A stretch of DNA of 64,000 nt from Lama guanicoe. Its lineage: Eukaryota. The position numbers were made by a program, and so were the translations under genes. Under the pieces are notes generated by a model. The model was not told the origin of the DNA. It searched no databases and saw only the letters and a list, made by a program, of their open reading frames with translations. Of the stretch, positions 23,503 through 38,100 are shown piece after piece (position 1 is the stretch's first letter; every line of letters starts with the position of its first letter). The stretch is taken from the NCBI GenBank assembly GCA_013239625.1, contig MU054212.1:5738270-5802269 (forward strand), written 5' to 3'.

Positions 23503-26500
23503 GTAAGTAGAATTTAAAGGCCTGGGAAAAAAATGCAATCTTGACGTCTTGTCTCCTATGTCAGTTGTAGGACTTTCCACATGGGATTTATTCCATTTTT
23601 AAACCCCTTCCTGTAAAGAGAGTTCTAAGAGTTCAGCCTCTGTTGACTTCAAAGGACTCTCCATGCTGAGGGGACAAATGCCATAGAGAAGCAAGGGTCA
23701 GGATCTGGTTGAATTAGACTTAAACTGCATCAGAGACATAATCCGATTCAGATTAAATGCTGGGATAATTCTAAAATTTATAATCAGAAATAAAATCTTT
23801 GATTTTCTTTTCTTTATATCAGACATATTGCTGTCAAAATTCCCAGTGCAAATGGGTTCCACATTTGTAGGGAAGGAACACTGATCAAGCCCATTGCTTT
23901 TACACAGTTATTTCCCTATGAGTTTGCTTCAAGGTGGAGGAATGTTAGCTATGTCAAAATTACACTGCAATTAATTATGAAATATTTAAGCCGTGAGAAT
24001 TTTTTTCCGGTCAGAAATGACTAAAGAAAAATGAAGAAAACCAGGCATCAAGACAAACCCTTTCTGGAATTATTAAAGCAGTCCCACAGTCCAAAAGGGA
24101 ATGTTTAGTTGATCTATTTCTTTAAAACAAACATGGCATTTTGGATATTACATTGGTTTCCTCCAATGCCTGGGTGCCCAAGGCACGAAGTACTTTCCCA
24201 ACAGGCATTATGCATGGTGAATGTCCTACCTTTGAAAGAGGTAAGGCAGCTGCTAATACCAGATCCTTAGAGGAACAAAGATCAGGTTAGGCAACTCACA
24301 AAACTGCTGCCAATTCAATTAGAAAAGTCTAGTTAAAGAATAAAGCTAAGATAGGTTAGATCAGACTAGACTTAAATCTATCACCGGTCAAGTGACAGAA
24401 CGATTCAGTCGAAACAGTTAAGGGAAAGTATGTGGAAAGACAGGAGAGGATTGTGAGGAAACTGTACATACTTCTTTCCAAGCAAATAAATGCAAACACC
24501 CTATAGCTGACTGCCTCTCGGTCTCCCAGGAGCGTCAGCAGTGGGGCTACCCCAGAAGCTTGGGAAATGATGCCTGCCCTATTGCCAGGCACGTGGCGTG
24601 ATATGGGGCTCCTCTGCACATCAGCTCCACGAGGCAGAGGGCTGCCACGCTGGGGAGATAAGGGAACACTTCGCTGTACAGCTGGCCTGGCAGCCGCCGT
24701 TCTTCTGGAGTTCACGTTTCCATGAGCTTCAAAGGCAGTGCGGGAGCCCAACACTGCCAAAGGGCACGCAGCCCAAGCTTGGAAGGGAACAGCGGTAGAA
24801 CATTCCATTCTCTGAGCTTGGGAGACAGAGGACTAAACAAGACAATGTTTGAAATATATTTGTAAACTGAAAAACTCCAAATAGAATCGCAATGCCCTGT
24901 TATAGCGATCACTGTTTTACTTACACTGCTGAAGAGGGACAAATGCAACTTGATCTTTAACACAAATCAAGAATCATCAGCATAGACCTCTTGTTACACT
25001 TCTATGGGTCACCTGCATACTTTGACTCAGATCAACCTTTTGTTTTCTGTACAGAAAACTGATTGCATGCATCAAGGTTTTAGAGGCAACCTCTGAGCAC
25101 TAAATTTCACTTGCTATTTCTCTCTGCACAGACATGTTTTATGACAACATTCATTTAACTGAAAAGTTCATTTGTCTTCTCCTTGATCTTGACAGACTAT
25201 TATAGTTCAGATTCTCAGGATCTCTTTTTGGTAGTATTGATTTATTATAAATTTTAGTACCTCTGATACTAAATTTCCCCCTACTGATACTAAAGCATTT
25301 GTACTTTACATTTCTTGGTAATTGTGGTAGACTTAAGTTCTTTTTGCATTTCTAATAGATCCTTTAAGATATCAGTTAATAACTTTTGGAATTGGGAAGT
25401 AGAAACTTCTAGCATGTTTTAAGATCGGAACAAATACAAGAAATGTTCAAGGAGAATTAACCTAATTTTATAGATGTTGTGGAGAACAGGCGTGCCTACC
25501 TGTCTTTCATTTCCTGAACTTGAACTCTGCCCCTGGTTCATTAACTAAATCAAAGGCTCTCTGGGGCATCACTGTAGCTTCCACTAATGAGGGTGTGGCA
25601 GCCTCTCAGAGACGGGTACTTCGTGTCATCTCTTGACCACAAAAAGCACTTTAAACAAGATTTTGACTGACTTAACCTATAAAGGATACCCCAAAACTCT
25701 AAGCTACAACAGGACGTTTCATTATATCACATGAATCCCTCAGCATTTTCTTCGTAAGGATGGTCATCGTGTACTTCTGCGGTAAAACGAATTAGGGTGG
25801 GGAGGTGCAGTCAACAGTGAACCGGGACTCAGAAGCCCCAGGGTTGAGTCACAGTTTCCCCTCAAGGGGTTGTGAAACTCTGGCCAAGGCACCCAACCTC
25901 TCTGCACCCCACATCTGGACACAAGGTTAGACGTGATGTCACTAAGTTTCCTCCAACGCAGAAATAATTCTCTCTACTGAATGGTTATGCAGTAGAAGTT
26001 CATATCTGGCTCCTGAATATTATTTTCATAACTTTAGCTGGAGAATCTAAAGATTTAGGTCATGCCATGGATTATGTAAGTTTTACTAGGAACGAATCAC
26101 TTAAGGTAGAGCAGTTATTAGCTGAGAGAGGTTATATTTTATCGTGTTGATAAGATCATTACAAACAGCCATGTAGCTTTTAATGAGATAAGAACTTTTG
26201 TGCACCTATGGTGATCATTCATGCTACATATAAGATGTAAACATTTCAATTAAATATTCTGGTTCTTGGAAAGTAAATAGGGTATGTGGCTAAGAATATA
26301 GATGTTATCTCATTGTGAGCTGAAAATGGGCATCAAAATTTTGAACCATTTTTAGAACTAACCTATTAATTTAGCTCTCATATAAAACAATGTGATTCTG
26401 ATACGTGGGACACGAATTTGTTTTTATTTATTTTATAGTCAGGCAAATTTCTAGAAGAATAGACGAGTGGGAAAAAACACCTTATCTGATTTTTTTTATT

Positions 26501-29144
26501 TGTGTTAAACAGAATACACTGGACAGCATTAAATGATTGGCTTCCGTACTGCCTGTTACAGAACATTAATGTCCTCATCACACCAAAGTTTACACGAAAG
26601 CAAATCTTACCTCTACTATGTTTTTGTGGATATGAATGGCTAAGGAATTATATAGTTTAAACCAGTGGGAAAAATTCTATTTTTGCCCTCAAATTCCTGC
26701 AGAGTTCATGGTGAGCTAGAAAAATAAATGTTTTACCCCAAGATATATCTAGTATTAGTACCATAGAATGACCTATAATTTTAATAGTCTTCTAAATAAC
26801 ACCTCCACGTGAAGTTGTAGCATAAAAATCCTGCTACAGAAACACTTCACAGCTCTTGAGACTCAGTGATGCTTTCCCTTTTCCAAAGATATTTCTCTTT
26901 TTTAGAAAACCTCTCAATCCTGAGTTCACAGTATTATGAATCCTTTCTAGCCTTAAGGACCCAGGGAGGAGTTCTTGCAGAGCAATGAAACTGTTGTCTG
27001 AGCTACACTGGTGTTTCCTTTTCTTTCCCACGTGGAACTGAAGCTGGAATTCTTCACTCACGGAGAGCAGCTCTGATGATGGGGTTTGTGAGAGGAAGGA
27101 CTGGAGAGAAACCTTCAGGTATCTCCTGCATGAGAAATGTTTGCCCTTCCTTTCTACACAGAAAATTACATGGCTTACTAACTAAAATGCCTCTACTTCA
27201 TATACCTTCAATTATAAACAAAAGTGGTATAATTAGGCTTGAACTTGGCATCTCAACCATCTCCCAATGAGGACAGCAATTGCTTTACTCAATTATTTTT
27301 ATAAGTACTATTCACGAGAGAACTGCTTATTAATACGTTGGTCCTATGTGTGCCAATGACTTTGAAAACTGACTTCCAAAAGGTTAAGTTGTGGAGATGA
27401 AAAATAGCCTTGCTCAGTAGCTACTATTTTGAACACTTTGGTGTATAAAAGAATAATATGTATTCCAACACAGCAATAAGCACATGTAATGAATTAGATT
27501 CCACATATCTTATATAAAATCATCATTCTCTCTAGAAGAAGGTATAGAAAAAGAAAACGAGGCCCAGGAAAACTTTGGCAATCTACCAAAAGTTAGATGG
27601 CTACCAAATAGTGTATATCCTATTATTCTCCCTAGAATGTATGCATCGTAAAAGGTTGGAACTTGTCTTGCACACACAAGACAGTGCCTGTCACATAATA
27701 GTTCACCAATAAAATTTTGAATGAATGAACGGATTTAGTTTCTAATTTATCTTTCTTACCAAGTCACTTCACCATATGCCCCACCTATATGCTAACAGGC
27801 AACATTAACGGGGTTGTGAGCTTCAGAGCGAGCTTCAGGGTTAAAAATCAAGACAATCAAAGGGTTGGTTCTCTAGAACTTGGTCTGTCACTGAAGTCCC
27901 ATTTCACCACGTAACATTAGCAAAACATTGTTACTTCACACACATAACAAAAACCCTGAAAGGTAAGTAGAAATATCCTCATTTTACAGATAAAGAAACT
28001 TTGGGGGCATAAATGATTCATAAATGTACCAGAAGTGATACAGTGGAATTTGAACCCAATATCACATGTCCAAGACTCCTTTGCCCACTTGGGTCCATGC
28101 TGTATCCTATATATGCACCTTTTCCCAACGTCTGTAATATTGCGATATCTTTTCTCATCTGCTTTCCTTCCTCTTTTAACATGTGAGCCCTTTCTGGGCA
28201 GGCACTCTGTCTGAGTCTTCATCATATCCTTGGAGATTAGCGCAGACGCATACATTTTAGCTTCTTAGGCACTTTCACGTTGCTAGCAAAGGTCCTATTC
28301 AGGTTACTTCAGTTAATGTGATTTATGGTAAGGACATCCAAAGAAAAAAAGGAAGACAGGCAACTTTCTCATCAATTAGGGCTCAGAGACAGTAATACCC
28401 CTTTCCAGGTTATTTCTGCCCCTCACCTGCAGGTGCCTCTAAAAATATGTCAGGGGCAGCAAAAGGGTGAAAAGGAGTTTATACTCAGTGATTCTCAGGG
28501 CAACCTTGGATAGTTGCTATCTTTAAACTGAGTTGGATTCTGTACAGAAGACAAGACAAAGGTAAAATAAACTCAAACCACTCCCACTATCCCTTTAAAC
28601 TGAGAACTAGTATGGTTGATGTGGCTAATTTCAAGTCTTTTAAAATGACTGACCAGTACTTTTATGTGTCGGGGATGCTGTGAACATATCTTCTAAAGCA
28701 CAGAGGAAAATTCTCCTTTTGCTCTGATTCCTCTTTATACATGGACTGGGCATTTTCCGTGCCTATCACTTTCACATTTTTTATTCTATTTAGATTAGAA
28801 CTTGAATCAGAGAGAGGCTAGGAGATTTATCAGGGTCACAGAGCTGGTAAACCGAGTCAAGACTCATACTCAGTTCTTTTGCCTCCAAGTCTCAAGTATT
28901 TGTGTCTACGCCATATTGCTTTTTATGAAGCTAAACTGTACTGTAGGGCTATGTACCCACTTTGAGATTTAAATTATTTGATTTAGAAACATACACTGAT
29001 TTAAGACACGTGATACCAGCTTAACTGCTACTGTAACAACAGTCTTCAACAAGGACCCAGATATCCCTGAGATACATGAGCACTTCAGAGGGTACAGGTG
29101 CACAGATAGTTTTAAATGAATCATTTACTAGATCCTTAGCCCCC

Positions 29145-29182
<38 letters not shown>

Positions 29183-32100
29183 TCTTTCCTTACTTCAGTC
29201 TGCTGAGCATGCACCTAAACCTGAGGCATCAGGCTTGTTCTCTCTCAAGTCCCTTCTAAAAAAAAGTCACACCTCTCATGAATACCAAATATCACTATGT
29301 CACACTGCAGTGGATTGTAAAAGTATCTGGGTCACTAAACTACAGGATAACTCAAAATATCAACGTTAATAATGAGAAAGAGCATTAACTCCGAAGCTCA
29401 TAATGAGTCCTTTTGCGAAAGTCATATGGTTTTCAAGGATTTATTTTCAACAAAATTAACATAAGACCTAATAGAGTTGTCAGCTAATAGGTCATTCCAA
29501 AATTATTTGTAATGATAAATTACTTGGTAGATTTAAATAATATAATTCAAAATAAGTTTAAAGAATATAATGACTCTGCTACTAAAAAAATCCAAGATCA
29601 TCCACCTATTTGTGTGAATAAGTTTTCTCAGTATTTACAACTGAAAAACAAAACCCAACAAAATAGAATTGATGCTAAAACTTGTTTCATTCTAGCAGTA
29701 AGTAATATTTATTCATGAACTCATTTTTTAAAAGCTTCATCCATACCTTTGCAATGAGCTTCTGACAAAATTTTACTTTCTCTATGTAATACTATCGCAT
29801 CAAAAATTCCATATTTGCACATAGTTTAATCAATTGTGCTGCTCATAACAATTGTAAAGCTAATTCAATCTAGGGGAAATTGATTTTTAACGCTGAGAGC
29901 CTCAGAATTGTAGAATTCCAACAAAATAAAATTTCTATTCACATTTTTGTTGCAGACAAGTGTGATTGACTTCAATAAACGCTTTCCTTAAAAAGATATT
30001 AAAATATATTGAACAGTTAATAAATTCCGCTAGGAGAAATCTATAGAGGATACGGTTCACTACATGGAAATAAAATATTTCAAGGAGACAGTTCAAGGAG
30101 AAATAGAAATGAAATAAAATTTTCAACTATTAAAGAACTTACTCATCTATTTTTTAATGGATGGGACTGGACATCAAATGACTACAACTTTTGGATTCTA
30201 TTGGCTACCTTTAAAAGTAATACAACAGCTTTATTTTAAAATATCAACATTTGTCATATTCTTAAATTCCATCTTTCACAGCTACTTAAACCTATAACAA
30301 AATTTTTTAGATATCACTGCAGAAAATTTTGAAGAAGTATATCATTTCTCAACAAAACTTTAGGGCTACATAAGCAAAAAGTTTTGAAGACCTCTGCAAG
30401 ACAACATTAAAATTAGTCCACACAAACATCAATATTTTCCCAAAGCCGGAAGCCACAGTTATATGCCAGCAAAGTTTAAGCAAAATTAGAGGGATTTGGT
30501 TAAATAATATCAGGTGACTCAAGAGAAGCTTTAGGCATGGAGTGTATGAATTGTTTAAAGATAAACTGAGGCATATTAAAATTGTAAGAATTTATGTGAA
30601 CAAAAGTTGATTCAACTCAGGCATCGCCAAACCAGAAATGACTGGAATTGCTCCATCAACGGAAGTTGGGGGGAAAACTTCTACAGAGAAAAGGCAAAAG
30701 CAAAATAAGGAAATTACTGGTTGGCTGCAGTTTAAAGCCTAGTTGACTGCGATCAGCTGTCCTTAGGTTTCAGCTTGGTCACCCTGCGGCATTTACAGGC
30801 TTAGATTTTGGTTGGCGCCATAGCATCAGCACCACCTCCATCTAATGGCCTCCTTGTTTAATTAATTTAGCAAAAATAATCAGCGACTTGGGTCCATCCT
30901 CCAGCGGGTGTTTCCACCCTGCGTACATCCAGTATCAACCTTGCAGGCCAGTAAAGAGCAGAAACCAGATACAGTGAAAATTACCTGCCCCGTCACTGAC
31001 TGTATTACAAGCAGAACCCCAGCTAGGACTCTCACCACCTCGGTCAATGTCAGGTGGCTGGGCTGATTACAGCTTTAAGGGTTAGCAGTGCAGTGAGGCT
31101 AGTGATTCTCGGTCAGGACTGAGCCAATGTCAGGAAAGGCAGGAGGAGCAGTAAGAGGGAAAAGAAGAAAGAGAAGAGGAGAAGCAGAGGAGAGGGAGAG
31201 AAGGGAGATGAGTGGGGAGGTGAGGATGAGGAGGGAGACCTTCCTAATAACCACGGGCTCGTGTACTGAGCTCACCAACCTTCTGACACCCACCAAGGCA
31301 GCACTGCTAGTTGACCTCCGCTGGAGGACAGCGCCTGAGAATGACGGGTCAGAGTTTAGTCTGCAGCTCTAAAGTTCAGAATCCATCAGTTCTCTATTAT
31401 ACTAGTATCCCGATGACCTGCGTGGAAGACATCTTCTAAAGTGACACACAAGGCAACCTTCAAAATGTGTGATGTCTCTGTGCATTCATTGACATGGAAC
31501 TTTACCTTAATAACTGAGTGCAGAAACCAAATTATCAAATGGTGTGGTATAATCTAATTTCTTTTTTTTTTTTTGGTTAGAAAAAAAACACAACTTGTAT
31601 AAGTATATGTTTGGGGGGGGGGAAAGCCTGAAAGAATTTCTCCAAATATTAACCATGATGATCTCTAAGCAGTGTGCTTCTGTGTGATTTTTACATTTCT
31701 TATACCTTCTAGAATCATCTACTTTCTAACAAGAAAAATATCTAAACTCCAAACAGCAATATTTATTATGAAACAAAACACCTTATGCAACCAATTAAAA
31801 CCGTCTCCTATTAAATATTAAATGTTTTTTCCAGGTCTAGGTATTTTACTAATAATGTCTGATAAAAGTTCACATGGGGGAGAAAGGAAGTTAAGAGGAA
31901 ACACCGGGCCCTACTGCCAAATTGCTAATCTCTTTTCCCCTCCTTCTGGAGTCAGCATCATTGCAAATCCCCCCAACCCCCCTTCCCTCTCACACCCACC
32001 TCACACCTGCAAAATCCGTTCTGCACCCCTGCCCCTGTCCCAGTCTCTCCCTAGCCTCTCAGTTCACTGGAGCTCCCTGACTCGCTGGAGTCACACTCCT

Positions 32101-35100
32101 GACTGATCATCTCCCTGACTCTCCACTCTCGGACTTGACAACAATCCCCGATGCTCCCATTCCTTCTCCTCCCGCTTCCAGGTCGCCAGGTTCTACTAGA
32201 AAAGGCACAAAACAGCCAGGACCGCATTCTATTCTTGCTTCCTAATCTCAGCTGGGCCTCACACTGGGCACCAACTGCGGGATAATCATTTATCTTCTGT
32301 GCTCACGTGGTCCCTAACTCAGGAATGCGAGGTGGGCTGACCGCCCCTCTCTGATTCGTGGTGTTGAGCTGGCTTCCTGTCACCTGCCCTCGGGCAGACC
32401 CTAGAGGGCTTGGACAGTCTCCTCCAGCCCCTCCCGACTCCTGCTCACTCCAACTCCGCCAAGCAGTGGAATAGGCATGCGTGTAATTTTCCTGCAATTC
32501 CACTTCCAAATGACTTTCTCTCTTCATTGCATTCTTCTGACTGTTTCAAAGGAAGAAATAGTCTGCCTCACTATCAGCTCTTTTACCCACAGTTTTGATT
32601 CAGCCATTCCTAGTCTCTCTTAATCACAACAGTTCAGTACTCCTTGACTCCTTCCTCCTCCCCCCCGTTTCCTGTCCCCCTTCTCTTGCCGTCACTCTTT
32701 CTTCACAAACACCTTTTCCTCTCCCGGTAGACTGTATACTTGGTCATGGTTTTCCAATTAAATCCTCAACTGCATCATACTTCTTGGTTCCCTTATCTCC
32801 TAACTCAAAAATGCAATTTCTACAATTGCTCTCTCCACTTTCTCAATAACTCATTCCTTGACTCCTGTCATTTGACTTACGCCCCTGGCGAAAGTGAGCA
32901 GCGACTGCTAAGTTCAGATCCCATGACCGTCTCATTCCCCTCCTCCTCGCACCTTGCTAGGGCGCACCAACCATTGACTATTCCGCCTTTGCCTAACTTC
33001 TTCTCACTACTTACACTCGTTCTGCCTCCTTTTTTGCTACTCCTCCTCCACCCCTCATCCAGCCTCTTCTCTGTTCTGAACTCGGCATCCTCACCAACGC
33101 TCCACCACAACCACCACAAGCCCCGCCCCTTCTCACCATTCTTACTCTAATGGAATCTGTTGGGCACCCACTGCCCTGGTCCCTTGACCTCGCTCTCCTC
33201 TTAGTCTCTCGGCACCCTCTGCGTTTAGACTTCTTCCTCCTGCCCCCTGCACAAACATAAGCTTTCCCATGAGATTCTGTTGCCTGCCTACTTCATTTAA
33301 ACTGTTTCAGTGTCATAGCCTCATTTCCTTCAACTTTCAATAGCACTCCTGTTTGGATAAACTCTACTTCTTTAGCTTTTACATCTATCCCAAGTTTCAG
33401 AAACACACTGAAAATAAATAAAACTTCAGTCGTCATCTCCCTGCAGTGATGCTCTCCTGCTGAAATTTCTGTTTCTATTAATAGCACTTGGATTCTCCCA
33501 CAAAGCCAAGCTCACATCACCGGAATCATCTGACTCTTCCTCCCCTCGGTCCCCAGTCCATAAGCCCTATCGGTTCTTGGGTATCGTTTTCATCCTCTCC
33601 CCTTCCCAGTGCCACTTCAGCACCGATGTTCAAGTGCTATGTCTTATCTAAGCAACTCCTAATTCCTGAGTGTCTCAACTTCAAGTGCTTTTCCCCTGTA
33701 ACCTTCCCTTGATTCAATGACATGTTTAAAAGCCATGCTTTTGTCCGACAAAGTCCAAACTCCTTAGTCTGGTATATAAAGCACTTCAAGATCTGCCTCC
33801 AAGCTGATATTCCAAACCTGATCTGTCATGTCCCCTCACTATTTCCTCTCCCTTCCAGCCAGTAGCATTTACCATTTCTAGAATATCCTCTGAAACTTAG
33901 GGCCTTCACATCTGCGCTCATGTTTTACTCTGGCTGAGATTTTCTTCAATTCCTCTTATCAAAGCAGGTTCATCCCCTAGAACCCCTTTCAAATCCCTGC
34001 ACTCCTATGCGGCTTTCCCAGAATTCACTTTGCTAACCTGAGTTGTCCATTGAGCCCATCGGTGCCTCAGTCGAAGCACATATTCCAACCTGCCTGGCTG
34101 TAGTTACATGTTTGTCTTCCCTGAAGGTTAAGCCTTTAGAGGGTACAAAGCCTGTATCATTCATTTTGCACTACCCATGTTTATTCCACACTATTAACAA
34201 AATGTGTATTTAACAAATGAATTAATAAGAGAACACTGTCAATGGTCTTATGATGCTGCTTCCTTTAAATTATGCAAATGTATGCTAATAGTGTACCTTC
34301 CACAACAGGTGCTGCTGGAAGTAAACAGCGAATTTATCGTTGAGGTAATGTATAACGAAACTATTTTCTCAATTTAAAATCAAGAGAAAAACTGAATTTC
34401 GTAATGCTTCACATATCAAAAATCAGAATATTTGAAACCAGAGTTGTCTAGATAAAAAAGGTAAGGGAAAGAACCACTGCCAAATTGAAATAGCCACGGT
34501 AAAGCCACGCTCCCAAGTGGCCATGGTTTTGGACATGGTTTGTGACAGCTCGGTGTAGTAACTCCTACTTACCAAAGAACACTAGTAGCTTAGTCAGACA
34601 TTTCCCAACCTGAAGCAAATAAAACGAAGCAAAATAACATATCACAATGGGAGGAGGATTTTCAGACAGTGATGTCAGCAAGAAAGACAACTGATAGTAA
34701 ACCAGTGAAGAAAAAATATGAAAATTAAAAATATGCAACACAACTATGTAAAACAAAAGAGAATCTGGTACCAATTTGGAGTGGTGGGACTCAGGAAATA
34801 AAGTTACTATCTTCTATCTCTGGCAGGGCAGTTAAAATTTTTTATGATGATGATCTCAAATCATTGAAGAAAATAAAGTTATTTTTCTACTCTCTGTTGA
34901 CAAGCTAGGGAATATGTGGTGCATTTCAAGAAGTTGTATCAAAATGGGTGGGGGGGAAGGCAAATGCTTTGGTTCTTGAAAGGATAAGCTCCATTCACAG
35001 GGAACATTTCCTTCCCCAAAGTGGTACTTATGAAGCTTTGGCTAAAGCAAACACAGAGCCATCTACATCTCAATAAATACATTGGAAGTCTCAATAAATA

Positions 35101-38100
35101 CAAAGGATTTTTTAAAATCTCTTTGTAAAATCTCTATTTAAAAATCTCTTTGTAAAATCTCTATGTAAAAATACACGCTTATGTGTGTATACAAATATAT
35201 TTATCCACGTAGAATTTAGTATTCTAAAATCTTTAACTATAAAATTCTTAAACATCCTCCAACAATAGCAACATAAGAATACAAACAGGAAAGCAGCCAG
35301 TAAGCAGAGGTTCAAATGGACAACACCGAGAAGCCACGTTGGTGTCCATGGGATTGTTGCAGGTACCAACAACTCCACTAAAATTTTCTTCTAATCCTGC
35401 AATAATTTATTTGGATGCTTAGCCAGAGAGGAGTCCTTATCAAGAGAAGAGGAAAATATCTTCCTCCTTTTAGGTGAACACGCGCACCCACTCACCGGCA
35501 CAATCTGCCTTTTGCATGGGAGGCAGCTGCGTGGAACACTGGCAATCTTTTAAACTCGAGACCAGAAAGTCTGGTCTGAGAGCAATGGAGGGTGAGGTGA
35601 GCAAAGCCTCTCACCTGGTGAGGACAGACTGGAAAAAGAAAAGCCACACATATTATCCATTTAACACCCTCTGAGCTCCACACGTAGCTAATGCAATTTG
35701 ATTCACTAGAATCACACAGTTAGAAAAGAGATGATTCCAAGAGAAGGTGCAGGTCAGCGTGACCAAGCTACATCTATCTAGAGTTATGAACTAGTAAAAA
35801 CTTTCTTTATTCCTCAAATTCAGTACCATGGCTGCTTCTGGGTGAGCTTACAATGCGGGATAAATGTCTTTACTGAATAAAGCTGTTCTAACACTGTATG
35901 AAATGTGAACGCTTTTTGCGGAAGGTGAAAGAATTTGACGTGGAAAACGGCACCACGAAATGGCAAACGGTCAGAAGACAGAAGCGGGAGTGGATCAAGT
36001 TTGCTGCAGCCTGTCGAGAAGGAGAAGACAACTCCAAGAGGAATCCGATTGCCAGAGTAAGTGATGAAGGAAACAGGGCTCTGCTGTGCTGATAACAAAG
36101 GCTTCTGCGGGGCGGGAAAGCCCTCAGACATTGCGAGCATTTGCAGCCTTCACTACTTCACAGTGATTTAGGAAGATGGGGGACATGAAGTGATTTCTTG
36201 TTGCTGAGGCGCTGGTTTGAATGTCACCTTCTAGGAGCCGATACAGAGCAGAGGGGCCTTGCGGGATCCTAGAAGAGAGACTGGGATCTCCAGCACAACC
36301 CGGCTTTATCTGTTCGTTTGTGTCTGCTTATTGTCACATGTGTATGTTACAGGAAGTGTATGCACGGTGAACAGCCATCTGACTACCCCTCCCCCAAATC
36401 AAGGGTCTACAGTATTGATTAATTCTCTCCAAGGAAGTAAGGATAAAGTCAGAAGTCCCTGCTAGATTCCTACATCCAGAAATTAGGAGAGTCGTTAAAA
36501 AAGGATTCTAACTAATGGGGATCAATAAGGAAGAAGAGTTAAAAGAAGAATGTGTAACATACTGACCGAGGAAGGATGGGGCCACATTATCAGCCTCACT
36601 AGCTCTGTCTGGGCATCTCTGTCTTGCCCCCCTAGTGAAACCCACAGTAGTGTGATCTTCTAGAATTCTCTACTTATAGCTTCACACGTACACATGGCTT
36701 AAATGCATATAATGAACTTTACATATATAATAAGCATCAGCAGTACTGTATCTCAGCTCAAGAAAAGAGATTAATCTCTCTCAGAAGTTTTCAAATTTGG
36801 GAAAATTTGGGGAAAGCTTTAAACTGTTACTGTTCCCTTTCAACTCACAGTTACAGCTTCATGTTGTCCCACTCAGGAGCACATTCTTTTCTCTGTATTT
36901 GCATTTGGGGGATTTCCTGGATTTTCATCTCTATAAATAAGATCTTTGGATTAGAGTGGAGCTAATCCAAGTTGTATTTCCAGCTGTCTTTAATTGTGGA
37001 CATTTGGGCAACAAATCTCAGTATTTTACTGAGTGTTCTCATCTTCTGTATACAGGTGAGATCTCAAAATTAAAATACCTTTCGTTAAATTTATGAGCAA
37101 TTGACAGAAAATGATTCAAACAAAACCTATGTGGCGGAATATCTGCCATAAAATCTTTTTGGCAAATGAGTGATGGTAGGTTTCAACTGATAAAATTATT
37201 GTCAATACCTCTAAACACAGTATTTCTCTTCTGGCTTTCTTTATCTATGATTTTTATTAAATCTCTAACTAAAGTCCAGACAGTTGTACACATAAACGTA
37301 ACACAATCTTTTCAAAAATAGTAAGGATGGTTATTTCTTCCGTCAAACTCTTTCGCTAGATGCAAAGAAAATCAGAGAACTAAACAATGTATTCTTTTTC
37401 CAAAATTTATTTTGGGGGGAGGTAATTAGTTTTTTTTTTTAACTTACTTGTTGTTTATTATTTTAATGGAGGATTGAACCCAGGACCTTGCATATGCTAA
37501 GCAAGCACTCTACCACTGAGCTATCCCCTACCCTGACAATGTATTCTTAATTAACAAATCTGGCATGGAGCATGTATATGCCACTTGCCAGGAACTGGGG
37601 TGGAGTGTCTACATGTTACCTCATACAATCCCCAAAACAAACCTAGGATACAGGCTGGTGCTTGGCAAAGCTAAGTGAATCTTCCCAAGTCACACAGGCG
37701 TAAATCATGGTGCCAGGTTTTGGTCCAAAGCCCCTTCTGGCTACCAGGCCCATTCCCTTCCCATCTCACTACACTCTGCAGATCACGATCTGCTCTAAAT
37801 CAGATGACCATCCCGGTCCTCTTCCTCATAGATCCGATCAGACTGTGAAGTGAATCAGAGGATTACATACCGCATCTCTGGGGCAGGAATTGATCGACCG
37901 CCCTATGGAGTGTTCACCATCAATCCTCGGACGGGAGAAATCAACATCACATCAGTGGTGGACAGAGAGATAACGCCGCTTTTCTTGGTAAGTCAAGCAG
38001 TGTGTTTTGATTTACGCATATCTTCATCCCTTTTTTAAAAAAAAAATCTCAGGGCTAATACTTATTTTTGATAAAACACTGTAGACTGAAATCAAATAAA

